NCBI GenBank assembly: GCA_046570105.1
Contig: JBKHVI010000001.1
Location: 96,001-160,000 of the forward strand
Reading direction: 5' to 3'
Source of the DNA: Bacteriovoracia bacterium
Lineage (GTDB): Bacteria > Bdellovibrionota > Bacteriovoracia > Bacteriovoracales > Bacteriovoracaceae
DNA length: 64,000 nucleotides
This document shows, piece after piece, positions 37,015-46,397 of this stretch (the stretch's first letter is position 1; every line of letters begins with the position of its first letter). A model generated the notes under the pieces. The model worked only from the letters and a program-made list of their open reading frames with translations. It made no database searches and had not been told where the DNA came from. A program made the translations under genes and the position numbers.

Positions 37015-38511
37015 TTACTTAATAGCGAGCTTGTCACCTGGTAGCAATTGACGACGACGCAGATGATTATTGGAACGCACAATGACGTCCATCGACACAC
37101 CTGTTTTGCGAGAAATTTCCCACAAAGTGTCACCCTTTTTAACTACATAGAACTTACTAGGCTGGCGAATGCGTGGGCCATTTTCGCTCACACTACTAAT
37201 AGCACGGTAGTAAGAACGGCGTGCTTTACGGAAGCGACGTGGAACTTCGTAAAGATCAGCGTACATTCTATCACGCGCACTTTGATCGGCACGGAATGGA
37301 AGACGAATCTCAGTTCCTTTGTCCAGGCGCTTACCAACGGCTTCAGGATTAAGCGCAGTCAGGACTGGCAGCGGAATGCGATGTTGATTAGAAGCTTCTT
37401 GGAGTGTGAAAGGTTTTTTACCTGTCCACGTTTGATACTTCGTGGCAGTCAAAACAGTTTTGTCTTCGAGTGCAGTCCACTTCTCTTTGGTGCCCACTGG
37501 AACACGTAGAGTGTAAGTTTCTACCAACGGTGGAGTTTGCCAACGCAACAACTCTGGGTTGTAGCGATGCAATTCTTCGAATGGAATTCCAATTGTGTTA
37601 GCAATTTCCATCAAGTCGGTATTACCTGGAACATCGAGCTGTTCATAATCAAGTGGGTGATGGAAAGCCAGCTGGTTAAAACCAAAGGCTTCGAGGTTTT
37701 TTCCGATAATCGCAAGCGCCATGATCTTAGGAACGTAATTTTTTGTTTCTGGCTTAAGATAACGACCTTTCGTCAGCTTCCAAAAATCACGAGTCCCATA
37801 GCGCTTGATGGCGCGAGCAATCTTACCTTCACCGGCGTTGTAACCAGCTGTTGCCAGTTCCCATGAACCGAAGAGGTCATGCAAATCTTTTAAGTAACCA
37901 GCAGCGGCTACTGAAGCTTTCAAAGGATCACGACGCTCATCCATCCACCAGTCTTGATTAAGACCGTATTTGCGACCAGTGAAACTCATGAACTGCCAAG
38001 GGCCCATGGCACTCGCGTGAGACTTAGCAATATTTTGAAAACCTGATTCTGCCATCGCGAGATAAATCAAATCGCGTGGAAGACCGTTGTCATTGAGAAT
38101 TTTTGATAGGACTGGAGCGTAGCGACCACCGCGTTCAGCATAGCGAGCGAACCACTCACGGCCGCGACCAGTGAAGTAGTTAACCCATTTTGCGACAGCT
38201 GGGTTCCATGTGACAGGAATATCAAAATGGGTGTTTTTGAGATTGAGATGTTCGGCACCTTTGAGTTCATATACTCGCAAAGGTGAAGTGAATGTTCCGT
38301 GATGAGAACTTCCTAGGATGCAGCCTTCGCAAGCAGCTAAATCACGCTCAACCAATTGCTGTTGAACGCGCCCTCCAGGAGTGTAAGTCGCTTCTTCTCC
38401 AAAACTCTTCCAACCGCTGTCAGCAGTCTTAGTTTGCTTAGGTGATGAGGTGGCGCAAGCACCGACGAGGATCGAGAGCGACAGCAAAGATACGGTGCTA
38501 AATTTCATCAT
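37015..38511 (-). CDS. mltD: MltD-family lytic transglycosylase lipoprotein with LysM
   Basis: Lipobox VGAC, AESG, GPWQFM, YNAGEG, ETKNYVPK, YVVKKGDTLWEI. Confidence 0.9.
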   Translation of the reverse strand: MMKFSTVSLLSLSILVGACATSSPKQTKTADSGWKSFGEEATYTPGGRVQQQLVERDLAACEGCILGSSHHGTFTSPLRVYELKGAEHLNLKNTHFDIPVTWNPAVAKWVNYFTGRGREWFARYAERGGRYAPVLSKILNDNGLPRDLIYLAMAESGFQNIAKSHASAMGPWQFMSFTGRKYGLNQDWWMDERRDPLKASVAAAGYLKDLHDLFGSWELATAGYNAGEGKIARAIKRYGTRDFWKLTKGRYLKPETKNYVPKIMALAIIGKNLEAFGFNQLAFHHPLDYEQLDVPGNTDLMEIANTIGIPFEELHRYNPELLRWQTPPLVETYTLRVPVGTKEKWTALEDKTVLTATKYQTWTGKKPFTLQEASNQHRIPLPVLTALNPEAVGKRLDKGTEIRLPFRADQSARDRMYADLYEVPRRFRKARRSYYRAISSVSENGPRIRQPSKFYVVKKGDTLWEISRKTGVSMDVIVRSNNHLRRRQLLPGDKLAIK

Positions 38512-38769
38512 TTTGGATCATCCTTTCCAACCAAAGATCGTTTTTACTCCAGCCTGGAGCAACAAGCCTAATTCTACCTTAGGCTTGACGGCACATTCTT
38601 CAGTAAAGTTTAGCTCGAACAATAACTCTCATGATGACCGTAAATCCAAAGGTTTGTCGACTCAATATCCTGCACCTCGCCGAACTATTTTTCCCCATCG
38701 GGGCACTTGGTGGTTCGATATCTTCTGACTATTTTTCTCTGGCTTTTCTTTTGTGCTAATCTTTAATGC

Positions 38770-39285
38770 ATGAAATTAAGTTCTCTCATTCTCGTAATTT
38801 TTTGTTTTTGCGCGCATGCCAAGGTTGATCCAAAAAACTACGACTTCAGCACCGATACCCTCGCTGAATTTTTTCCAGGAAAAGAACTAAGTAGTATCGA
38901 ATCGAAGTATGGCAAAGCAGACATTATGCGCGAGCGTGGTGAACGAAAAATGCTACGTTTTTGGGTAACACAAATTCGCTACAAATTTCCTGTCATCGTC
39001 CAAGTCGAAAATGGCAAAGTTCTCGATATGTTCGCCAAACTTCCTTCCTATTTTTTACATGATATTTTTCACCATTCACTGATTAAGCGATGGGGCCAAC
39101 AAAAAATTTATAACCGAGTGGATGAAGAGGCTTATTATCGATGGGAGGATGACGAAAAAATCATGCATTATTCTGCTTCTTGCACGATTACTTGTTTTCC
39201 GATTTATTTCACTGTCTCTCCCGCCAAAAACAAAGCGCCTGGCGGGTTTATCTCACAGCACGATCAGCTTAACGTGAAGCCTTAG
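38770..39285 (+). CDS. Exported hypothetical protein
   Basis: Signal peptide ending AHA. Confidence 0.7.
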   Translation: MKLSSLILVIFCFCAHAKVDPKNYDFSTDTLAEFFPGKELSSIESKYGKADIMRERGERKMLRFWVTQIRYKFPVIVQVENGKVLDMFAKLPSYFLHDIFHHSLIKRWGQQKIYNRVDEEAYYRWEDDEKIMHYSASCTITCFPIYFTVSPAKNKAPGGFISQHDQLNVKP

Positions 39286-40075
39286 CAAAATACGGATTAG
39301 GAATATTGGCCTTCCGTGCCCAAGCATAGATACCGCCAGCAATCACCAGCATCAAGAAACAAAGAATTTGTCCCATGGTGATGCCGCCAAAATAATAGCC
39401 TAGCTGCGAATCCGGCTCGCGGAAGAATTCTACGATAAAACGGAATGTTCCATATCCAATTAAAAAAACAGTACTCACGATACCGTAATGTTTTTGCTTT
39501 TTATGAACAAAATACAAAATGATAGCGAGAACAATCCCTTCTAAAATTCCTTCGTACAACTGAGAGGCATGACGTGGATAAGGACCGCCACCTGGAAAAA
39601 TGATTCCAATCGGTGAGTCAGTCACTCTTCCATAGAGCTCTCCATTAATGAAGTTCCCCATACGACCAAAGAAAAGACCTGGTCCACCGGCCACCGCCAT
39701 ACAGTCGGCAATTTGAAAGAAATGAACTTTATTTTTGCGAGCAAACCAAGCGGTGGCTAAGCACATTCCAAAAACGGCTCCGTGAAACGACAAGCCACCT
39801 TTCCAGACATGGAAGGCTTCCATGAAGTGACCGGAGTAATAATCCCAGTTGTAAATGAAAACGTAGAATGTGCGAGCGCCCAAGAACATGCCGATGATGA
39901 GCGCCGTCACGTATTTATCAATCGATTCTTTGGGAAGTGGCCAAAAGCCCTTCTTCGCAAGGCGGCCCAAAAGCCAACTGCCTACCGCAAAACCTGCGAC
40001 GTACATAAGTCCGTACCAACGTACCTGCAAGGGCCCGAGTTCAAAGAGAACAGGATCAATCCATGAATTTGTCAT
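39269..40075 (-). CDS. lgt: Prolipoprotein diacylglyceryl transferase
   Basis: RWYGLMY, GGLSFHG, GRMGNFINGELYGR, HASQLYE, EFFREPD. Confidence 0.97.
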   Translation of the reverse strand: MTNSWIDPVLFELGPLQVRWYGLMYVAGFAVGSWLLGRLAKKGFWPLPKESIDKYVTALIIGMFLGARTFYVFIYNWDYYSGHFMEAFHVWKGGLSFHGAVFGMCLATAWFARKNKVHFFQIADCMAVAGGPGLFFGRMGNFINGELYGRVTDSPIGIIFPGGGPYPRHASQLYEGILEGIVLAIILYFVHKKQKHYGIVSTVFLIGYGTFRFIVEFFREPDSQLGYYFGGITMGQILCFLMLVIAGGIYAWARKANIPNPYFAKASR

Positions 40076-40096
40076 GAGCTTATGCTAGCGGAGGGA

Positions 40097-40897
40097 TTAA
40101 GCGTTCGACAACCCAGCAACTGGAGCTGAATGGCCACTCCACTCACCGCGCACCGATGAGCCAAGCTGCAAGGCAGCTCGTTTGATGGTGTATGGCAGAC
40201 CGATGTGGGTGAAATAGATATTGGCGGTATTTAAAAAACTAACCAACTCTTCAGGTGGCAACGGACGACCGGCCGGACCCGGCTTATCAGCACGCAAAAT
40301 TGTAAAGTTCGATTCAATAGCAACGACACCCGACGAAGAAAGCATTCGACGCTTCTCGACGTCTACCATTACGACTTCACCAAAAGACTGTGACTGTTTC
40401 ATCGCTACTAAACCATCACTGGTTGAGACGCCCCAAAAGCCGAGAACACCCAGTGGTGCCAGTGCCCATGCGAGTGCACGATTAATCATTACTCGCAGTC
40501 CCATCAATTCTTCTGTCGTATCCAACTGACTGACTAAACCCAATTCCCACATAGTGGTAGCAGGTGAAGAAACCATCATCCCGATGCGGCGGTAGAGATA
40601 CACTTGAGTCTCACCACGATAACTCAAAGACTCATGGCCAAACTTATCCATTGAGTCAGGAAGTAACACTTGCTGAGCCACGCGAGTTGAAGCACGAGAA
40701 ATAGTCAAAATTTTTGTGCCAGGACGATTGGCGGGAATTTTTTTATGATCGGCTTCGGCAATTTCCACAAAGCCAAGATCAGTGATGAGTTTATTTAAAC
40801 GACCTTCGAGCATATCGCGACCCACGCGCAAAAACACAGGATACCCGTGCTGTTTTTGCCATTGGAAATAAATTGGTTTCGCGCTTACGGCGGACAT
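40097..40897 (-). CDS. Hypothetical protein
   Basis: GAGGAG RBS; FliA-like TAAA-N15-CCGATAG upstream (40944-40919). Confidence 0.7.
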   Translation of the reverse strand: MSAVSAKPIYFQWQKQHGYPVFLRVGRDMLEGRLNKLITDLGFVEIAEADHKKIPANRPGTKILTISRASTRVAQQVLLPDSMDKFGHESLSYRGETQVYLYRRIGMMVSSPATTMWELGLVSQLDTTEELMGLRVMINRALAWALAPLGVLGFWGVSTSDGLVAMKQSQSFGEVVMVDVEKRRMLSSSGVVAIESNFTILRADKPGPAGRPLPPEELVSFLNTANIYFTHIGLPYTIKRAALQLGSSVRGEWSGHSAPVAGLSNA

Positions 40898-41027
40898 AGT
40901 CTCGCTCCTCTAAGACTCCTATCGGTAGGCAGATAAAAAGTTTAAGTTTTAGACAGTTACCGGACTAAACTGGCCAAGTTTTAGACACCTCACCTCTGCC
41001 AAGCGCCGGTAATGACGTTAGGACATT

Positions 41028-41043
41028 TGGCGCTGAAATTGCT
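41028..41043 (+). promoter_or_regulatory. Sigma54 -24/-12 promoter
   Basis: TGGCGCTGAAATTGCT (GG-N10-GC) ending 14 nt before ATG 41058; identical 12-mers AAGTTTTAGACA at 40944 and 40976. Confidence 0.65.
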
Positions 41044-41057
41044 CTACTAAGGCTACT

Positions 41058-43976
41058 ATGAGCAAAAATACAGAGACCCAAACGGGTGACTCTCTATTAT
41101 CGAATGCCAATAACGCTTCTTACGAAACGTTCGCTCAGCCTTTAACTGGGCAGCTCTTGCGTGCTCTCGAACTCAACGTGGTTTATCACCAGGGTCACGG
41201 CCAATGGCTCACAACTGAAATAGCCGGCGAAACTCGTCGAGTGCTGGATATGACGGGTGGTTATGGTGCTAACTTACTCGGACACAAAAATGCGCGTATT
41301 GCTCGTATCGCACAAGATTATTTAAGTGAAGGTGAACCCAATCTTATTCAAGGATCGAATCGCGCTAAGGCCGGTGAACTCGCACAACGAATAAGCGAAA
41401 TTCTTTATGCTGAAACTGGTGAAGGTCCATGGATAACGACTCTTTCTAATTCTGGAACTGAAGCAGTTGAAGCTGCTCTTAAGCATTGCTTACTCGCTTT
41501 TGGAAAAAAACAACAAGAACGCCTCCAAGATCTACAAAAAGGTCTGAACGAAGTTCATCTCTATGTACAAGAACTTGATGAAAACCAACTAGCTGCACTG
41601 ACTCAAGATTGGCGCTACCGCCTGATCAATATGTGCGCTGATATTAAGGCTTCTGATAAACGCAAAGATTGGCTCCTGCACATGGCGCTTCAGACCCACG
41701 ACATGATGGGCCTCATAGACCTAGTTCATGAGTTTAACAAACTCCAATTAAGTGAGATCCCTCTCACGGTATCACTTGAACGCGCCTACCATGGTAAAAC
41801 AATGGGTGCACTTCATCTGACCCATAATCAGAAATATCGTTATCCGTTTTATGTGTCGGAAGGACAGAATCGCTTTTTGCCTCCCCACGCTGATGACGTA
41901 CAACTTGAGAAATTCTTTACCGACCTAAAATTTGATATTATTGAAATCGGCCTTCATCAAATAGGTCTCTTCTTTGGTAAAACAACTTTCACCCGTGTCG
42001 CTGGTTTATTTGTTGAACCCATTCAAGGTGAAGCGGGTGTCTATCCACTCGATGCAAACTATCTTGCTTTGTTGAAAAAATACTCTCTCAAAGACGGTTT
42101 CTCACTGGTGTTTGATGAGATTCAAGCTGGAATGTATCGCACCGGACTGATGGCTTCAGGTCACCACTGTCATGTCACAGCAGATATCTACTGTTTTTCA
42201 AAAACGCTTGGGGCAGGTGTTGCCAAAATCGGCGCTACGACAATTCATCATAAAAAATACCAAGAAGACTTCGGTCATCTCCACGCATCAACATTTGCCG
42301 AAGATGGTTATTCAGCAGCAGTGGCACTTGAAGCAATAGAAATTATCACTCAATCAGGGCATCTCACACGCGGTATGAGCGCTGGGGATAAAATCAAGAA
42401 AGGTCTAGAGACTCTCCAAGATAAGTATCCACATCTGATCGCAGGTGTTCGAGGCAGAGGCCTCATGTTGGCATTCGAACTAAGTCCCAACTTGAGCAAG
42501 ATTTGTTTTGAATTTAATGTATTTAATGAAGCTGGCATGCTGGGATATCTCATTGCTTCAGCTATGCTTCATCGTGAAAATATTCGCATGACTCCTTCAT
42601 TGTCTAATGGAGCGACACTTCGAGTTCAACCCAGTTTGTTTATCACTGACGAAGAAATTCTCTATTTCTTGATCGGCCTTGAGAAAATATTAATGCGTCT
42701 GGATGACGGCGATTTCCGCTATTTCTTTCAACATTTATATCCCGACACCCCATTGGCCGATATCAAGGCCCAAGGTCTCACAACAGAATTCACACCCTCG
42801 GATAAACCCTTAGCGGTTTTCTTATGTCACTTAATTGATGCAGATCACGTGAAACGAGTTACTCCTGCATTCATACCTGTTAAAGATGCCACCTTAGAAT
42901 CACGCTTGGGACTTATGAAGCGTGCGATGGAATTTGGTATTTACCACGCCCAACCCCTTAAAGGTGCGGACGGCAGCGAGATCAATATTATCCTCATGGG
43001 TATTCCAACAACCTCGCAGGAACTTAAGAAAAGTTTTACCGGTAAACAGCGCTCTGAGGTTATTGCCAAGGTTCAAAGAGCAGTCGATTTGGCAGCTGAA
43101 CTGGGTGCTAATACTGTAGGCCTGGGTCAGTTTACTTCAATTGTATCAGGGAATGGTCTCTACCTTGATTCACATGGTATGAATCTCACCACCGGAAATT
43201 CATTTACTATCGAGCTGGCAATTCAAGCTGCACTCCGAGAAGCGCAAAACAAAAAAATAGATATCTCATCTTCTTCTGTAGGATTAGTAGGAGCAGCCGG
43301 AAATATCATTTCAGTTGCAGCCATGATTATGGCAGACAAGGCTTCACGATTAGTCTTGATACACCATTCTCCAATCGAGAAGAGCCCTAAACTTTTAGGA
43401 GTTGTTCGCTCGATACTTAAAGAATCACTCGATTCCAGAGAGAACTCTGTATTTAACCAACTATTGAATGATCGATTAAGTATTGATGTTCTGAATTCGG
43501 ACAAAGCCCTAATAGGATGGCTCAATTCTGGTAATCAACACGATCTCATCCAGATTACCGACGATGTTACCGCTTTAAGTTCTTGTGAGATTATTATCAC
43601 CGGTGCGAGTAGCGGTACCGGTTTCCTTGAACCTCAGCATTTTACCAAAAACGCGGTCGTAGTAGATGTCGCCGTTCCAGCGAATATCAAACCAGATGTT
43701 CTCGCTCGACTCAAAACTGAGCGACCAGATGTGACTTATTGTTTAGGTGGAGTGGCCAAACTTCCACACCTACAATCCATCGTCACACCGTTATTCCCAC
43801 TCGATACCAATGAAAGCTTTGCTTGTATGGCAGAGACGTTTGCAATGGGTTTCCTCGGTAAGAAAAATTTAAAGCACATTGGTAATCTGACCAAAACCAT
43901 GGTTAACCATACAGCTCAATTCACTATGGATGCTGGCTTTACTCTAGGTTCTACAAAAACGAAGAGCTCTCTCTAA
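41058..43976 (+). CDS. Class III aminotransferase fused to an acyl-ACP (thioester) reductase, TamH-like
   Basis: NSGTEAVEAA, YHGKT, EPIQGE, FDEIQ, FSKTLG; C-terminal LGQFTSIV, TTGNSFT, GAAGNI, FACMAE. Confidence 0.8.
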   Translation: MSKNTETQTGDSLLSNANNASYETFAQPLTGQLLRALELNVVYHQGHGQWLTTEIAGETRRVLDMTGGYGANLLGHKNARIARIAQDYLSEGEPNLIQGSNRAKAGELAQRISEILYAETGEGPWITTLSNSGTEAVEAALKHCLLAFGKKQQERLQDLQKGLNEVHLYVQELDENQLAALTQDWRYRLINMCADIKASDKRKDWLLHMALQTHDMMGLIDLVHEFNKLQLSEIPLTVSLERAYHGKTMGALHLTHNQKYRYPFYVSEGQNRFLPPHADDVQLEKFFTDLKFDIIEIGLHQIGLFFGKTTFTRVAGLFVEPIQGEAGVYPLDANYLALLKKYSLKDGFSLVFDEIQAGMYRTGLMASGHHCHVTADIYCFSKTLGAGVAKIGATTIHHKKYQEDFGHLHASTFAEDGYSAAVALEAIEIITQSGHLTRGMSAGDKIKKGLETLQDKYPHLIAGVRGRGLMLAFELSPNLSKICFEFNVFNEAGMLGYLIASAMLHRENIRMTPSLSNGATLRVQPSLFITDEEILYFLIGLEKILMRLDDGDFRYFFQHLYPDTPLADIKAQGLTTEFTPSDKPLAVFLCHLIDADHVKRVTPAFIPVKDATLESRLGLMKRAMEFGIYHAQPLKGADGSEINIILMGIPTTSQELKKSFTGKQRSEVIAKVQRAVDLAAELGANTVGLGQFTSIVSGNGLYLDSHGMNLTTGNSFTIELAIQAALREAQNKKIDISSSSVGLVGAAGNIISVAAMIMADKASRLVLIHHSPIEKSPKLLGVVRSILKESLDSRENSVFNQLLNDRLSIDVLNSDKALIGWLNSGNQHDLIQITDDVTALSSCEIIITGASSGTGFLEPQHFTKNAVVVDVAVPANIKPDVLARLKTERPDVTYCLGGVAKLPHLQSIVTPLFPLDTNESFACMAETFAMGFLGKKNLKHIGNLTKTMVNHTAQFTMDAGFTLGSTKTKSSL

Positions 43977-45076
43977 ATTTCTTTTGAAAAGAGCGCGTAG
44001 CTCGAAATCATTTCTTTTTGGTCTTCACGATAACTTTTGAGTGCAGGACTATCTTCAGCGGTATAGCAGATATAAAGATGCGGCAGACTGATTGCTACAG
44101 GAATCGTCATCTTTTTAGCCACCAAACTTTGTATCCCTTTAAATTCTTGGCCATCCGGGGCCGGCAGACGACCCACATACATAATCAGCAAACGACTAAA
44201 ATTTAATTTAATTCGTAAGAAGACCCAAAGATTTAAAAGCGTCTTAGGAATTTTATTCATCCATCTCTGACGCTGCAGAAGAAGCGGTAAAGGATCCATG
44301 AAATTCACACAAAAAGCGACAGGCTTGCCATCATGTTCGATTATAAAAGCAAAAAGCGGACTAATAATGTAACGAAAGCCGGCATAAATTTTTTTGAAAG
44401 TCTCAAGCGGCATCGGCTCATATTCCGGCATATCTTTAAACGTTTCTTGAAACAAACCATGAATGATCGTCATTTCATCTTCAAATCGTGACATGTCGAT
44501 GCCACGTATATGCAAGCGATGTTCTGGTTTTTTTGCCGTACGAATCTCACCATACTGTTTTTTGCTTTTAAAAAATCTAATACGAAAAGTATCCCAGCGC
44601 TTAAGCGGCTTCATTCCGACTTTTTCAAAAAAATCTAAATAATAACTATGCTGTTGAGGTTCGCTATAAAATGGACGAGCCTTGCCCCATGTTTTCCATC
44701 TATAACTCACAAAAAAGTGAAGATTAATTGGCCCCTTAATTCGCGTAGCCCCCAGCTCTCGCGCTGAACTTTCAACTTTCTCCCATAGTTTATAAAATAC
44801 ATTTTCATCGTTATCACTTTCGATGAAACCAACTTTCGCGGTTTGTGGATTGAGGTTTGAAACGGCGACAAGCGCTCTTGCCACAATTTCACCCGATTCA
44901 TAAATTGAAATTGCACGCCACTGATCCAGTGGAAAACTTTTTGAGTCTTCAAACAAATCTTGAAAGTTCGTGATGTCCTCATGAGGGACAGAATCTTTCG
45001 AATAGAGTTGGTTTTGCAGTTTTACCCATTCTAAAAAAAATGATTTATCCCAACTCGATATAATCTTAATTTCCAT
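43973..45076 (-). CDS. GNAT-fold acyltransferase (YghO / bacterial ceramide synthase-like)
   Basis: GFIESDND...E...RELG..RIKGPIN...P...YY..FFEKVG pattern. Confidence 0.6.
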   Translation of the reverse strand: MEIKIISSWDKSFFLEWVKLQNQLYSKDSVPHEDITNFQDLFEDSKSFPLDQWRAISIYESGEIVARALVAVSNLNPQTAKVGFIESDNDENVFYKLWEKVESSARELGATRIKGPINLHFFVSYRWKTWGKARPFYSEPQQHSYYLDFFEKVGMKPLKRWDTFRIRFFKSKKQYGEIRTAKKPEHRLHIRGIDMSRFEDEMTIIHGLFQETFKDMPEYEPMPLETFKKIYAGFRYIISPLFAFIIEHDGKPVAFCVNFMDPLPLLLQRQRWMNKIPKTLLNLWVFLRIKLNFSRLLIMYVGRLPAPDGQEFKGIQSLVAKKMTIPVAISLPHLYICYTAEDSPALKSYREDQKEMISSYALFSKEI

Positions 45077-46397
45077 CGGTCAGCTTCCTCATGACAACCA
45101 CAACATTGCTAGTGGGCCGTAATGTGATTCCAGCTTCCACTGTTTGCTCAACTTCATTCTCAATCGACCAACGAAAGTTGGCCGAGAGGTGAGACAATAT
45201 AAGTTTCGCCTCAACTTGAGCAAAAATTTTCCCTATACACATACGAGGTCCAAGCCCAAAGGGGAAATAGGAACCTGGCAGAACTTTTTCTTTAAGAGGT
45301 GGCAGAAATCTTTCTGGATAAAATTTCAATGAATCGTGCCAGAAATCCGGTGATCGCTGGGCAAAAAACGGCATTAAAAAAACGATATCCTTCTTTTTAA
45401 GCTCCAAGCCATTTATCTTGATCGCCTTACTGGCCTGTCTCATAAAAGCCCAGACTGGGGGCCACAAACGCATTGCCTCTTCAGTGACTGCTAAATGCAT
45501 ATTGAGCTTATTAAAATTTGCCTCAATGAGTTGATCATTTTGCCAAAAGCTTTTGGACTCATCTTTAAGCACGTCTAGATATTTAGAATTCTGAGCTAGC
45601 AGTATCATCGTCCAGGCCATGGTATTGGTAATCGTTTCGTGGCCGGCCATCAAAATAGTTATAACTTCGTCTCGGATCTGTTGATCGCTCATCTGGTTGC
45701 CGTCTTCATCACGCGTATCAACTAGGATTTGTAACAGATCATTTGATTGTTGGCGCCCGGAACGGCGATCTATCAAAAGACGCTTGATCAAATTATCAAA
45801 TCTATCTCTTGCAGCATAAAACTCTTGGTGACTTGCCAGCGGCATCCACATGGGAGCTGAAACAACTGAGCGCACTCTCTTAATCAAAAAGTGCATCATA
45901 TACTCAACATCTTTTAAGAATGTGGGTGCTTCTTGTGAAAGATCGAGCGCAAAAAGTGTGCGGGCAATAATTTTAAGCGTCAGTGCATTCATCTCAGCGT
46001 GAGCATTTATCTTTTGCCCATCGGCCCAGACGCAATGTTGCTCAATAATTTCTTGAATTGATGGAACTAAATTCATCATATGTTTAATGCCAAACACAGG
46101 ACGCATTAAACGATTTTGCTTCTTCCACAAATCACCTTCACTGGTAATGAGCCCTTCACCCAATAGAAGTTTCAGCTTTTGAAAAGTACGACCTTTAGCA
46201 AAAGATTCGGAATTTTCCTGTAATACACCTAGGATATCGTCGGGATGAGACAAGAGATAGGCACGTTGATGGAGCATCCTCAGTTTTACTCTATGGCCAA
46301 ACTCATGGTGGCATTTATTTACAAAGGCCCAAGGATCACGAGCATACTCGCGCAAACTTCCCATTGGGCCTGATGCTTTTGGGCCTTTAATTTCCAC
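45066..46397 (-). CDS. Cytochrome P450
   Basis: AGHET, EAMR, PERF, FGLGPRMCIG; GTG start at 46397 after GGAG. Confidence 0.95.
   Translation of the reverse strand: MEIKGPKASGPMGSLREYARDPWAFVNKCHHEFGHRVKLRMLHQRAYLLSHPDDILGVLQENSESFAKGRTFQKLKLLLGEGLITSEGDLWKKQNRLMRPVFGIKHMMNLVPSIQEIIEQHCVWADGQKINAHAEMNALTLKIIARTLFALDLSQEAPTFLKDVEYMMHFLIKRVRSVVSAPMWMPLASHQEFYAARDRFDNLIKRLLIDRRSGRQQSNDLLQILVDTRDEDGNQMSDQQIRDEVITILMAGHETITNTMAWTMILLAQNSKYLDVLKDESKSFWQNDQLIEANFNKLNMHLAVTEEAMRLWPPVWAFMRQASKAIKINGLELKKKDIVFLMPFFAQRSPDFWHDSLKFYPERFLPPLKEKVLPGSYFPFGLGPRMCIGKIFAQVEAKLILSHLSANFRWSIENEVEQTVEAGITLRPTSNVVVVMRKLTDGN

Noticed and set aside
45066..46397. Identical RTGGAAATTAA overlap at two consecutive gene junctions
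   Set aside because: Real, but most simply a common 11-nt start/stop overlap; no further shared sequence.
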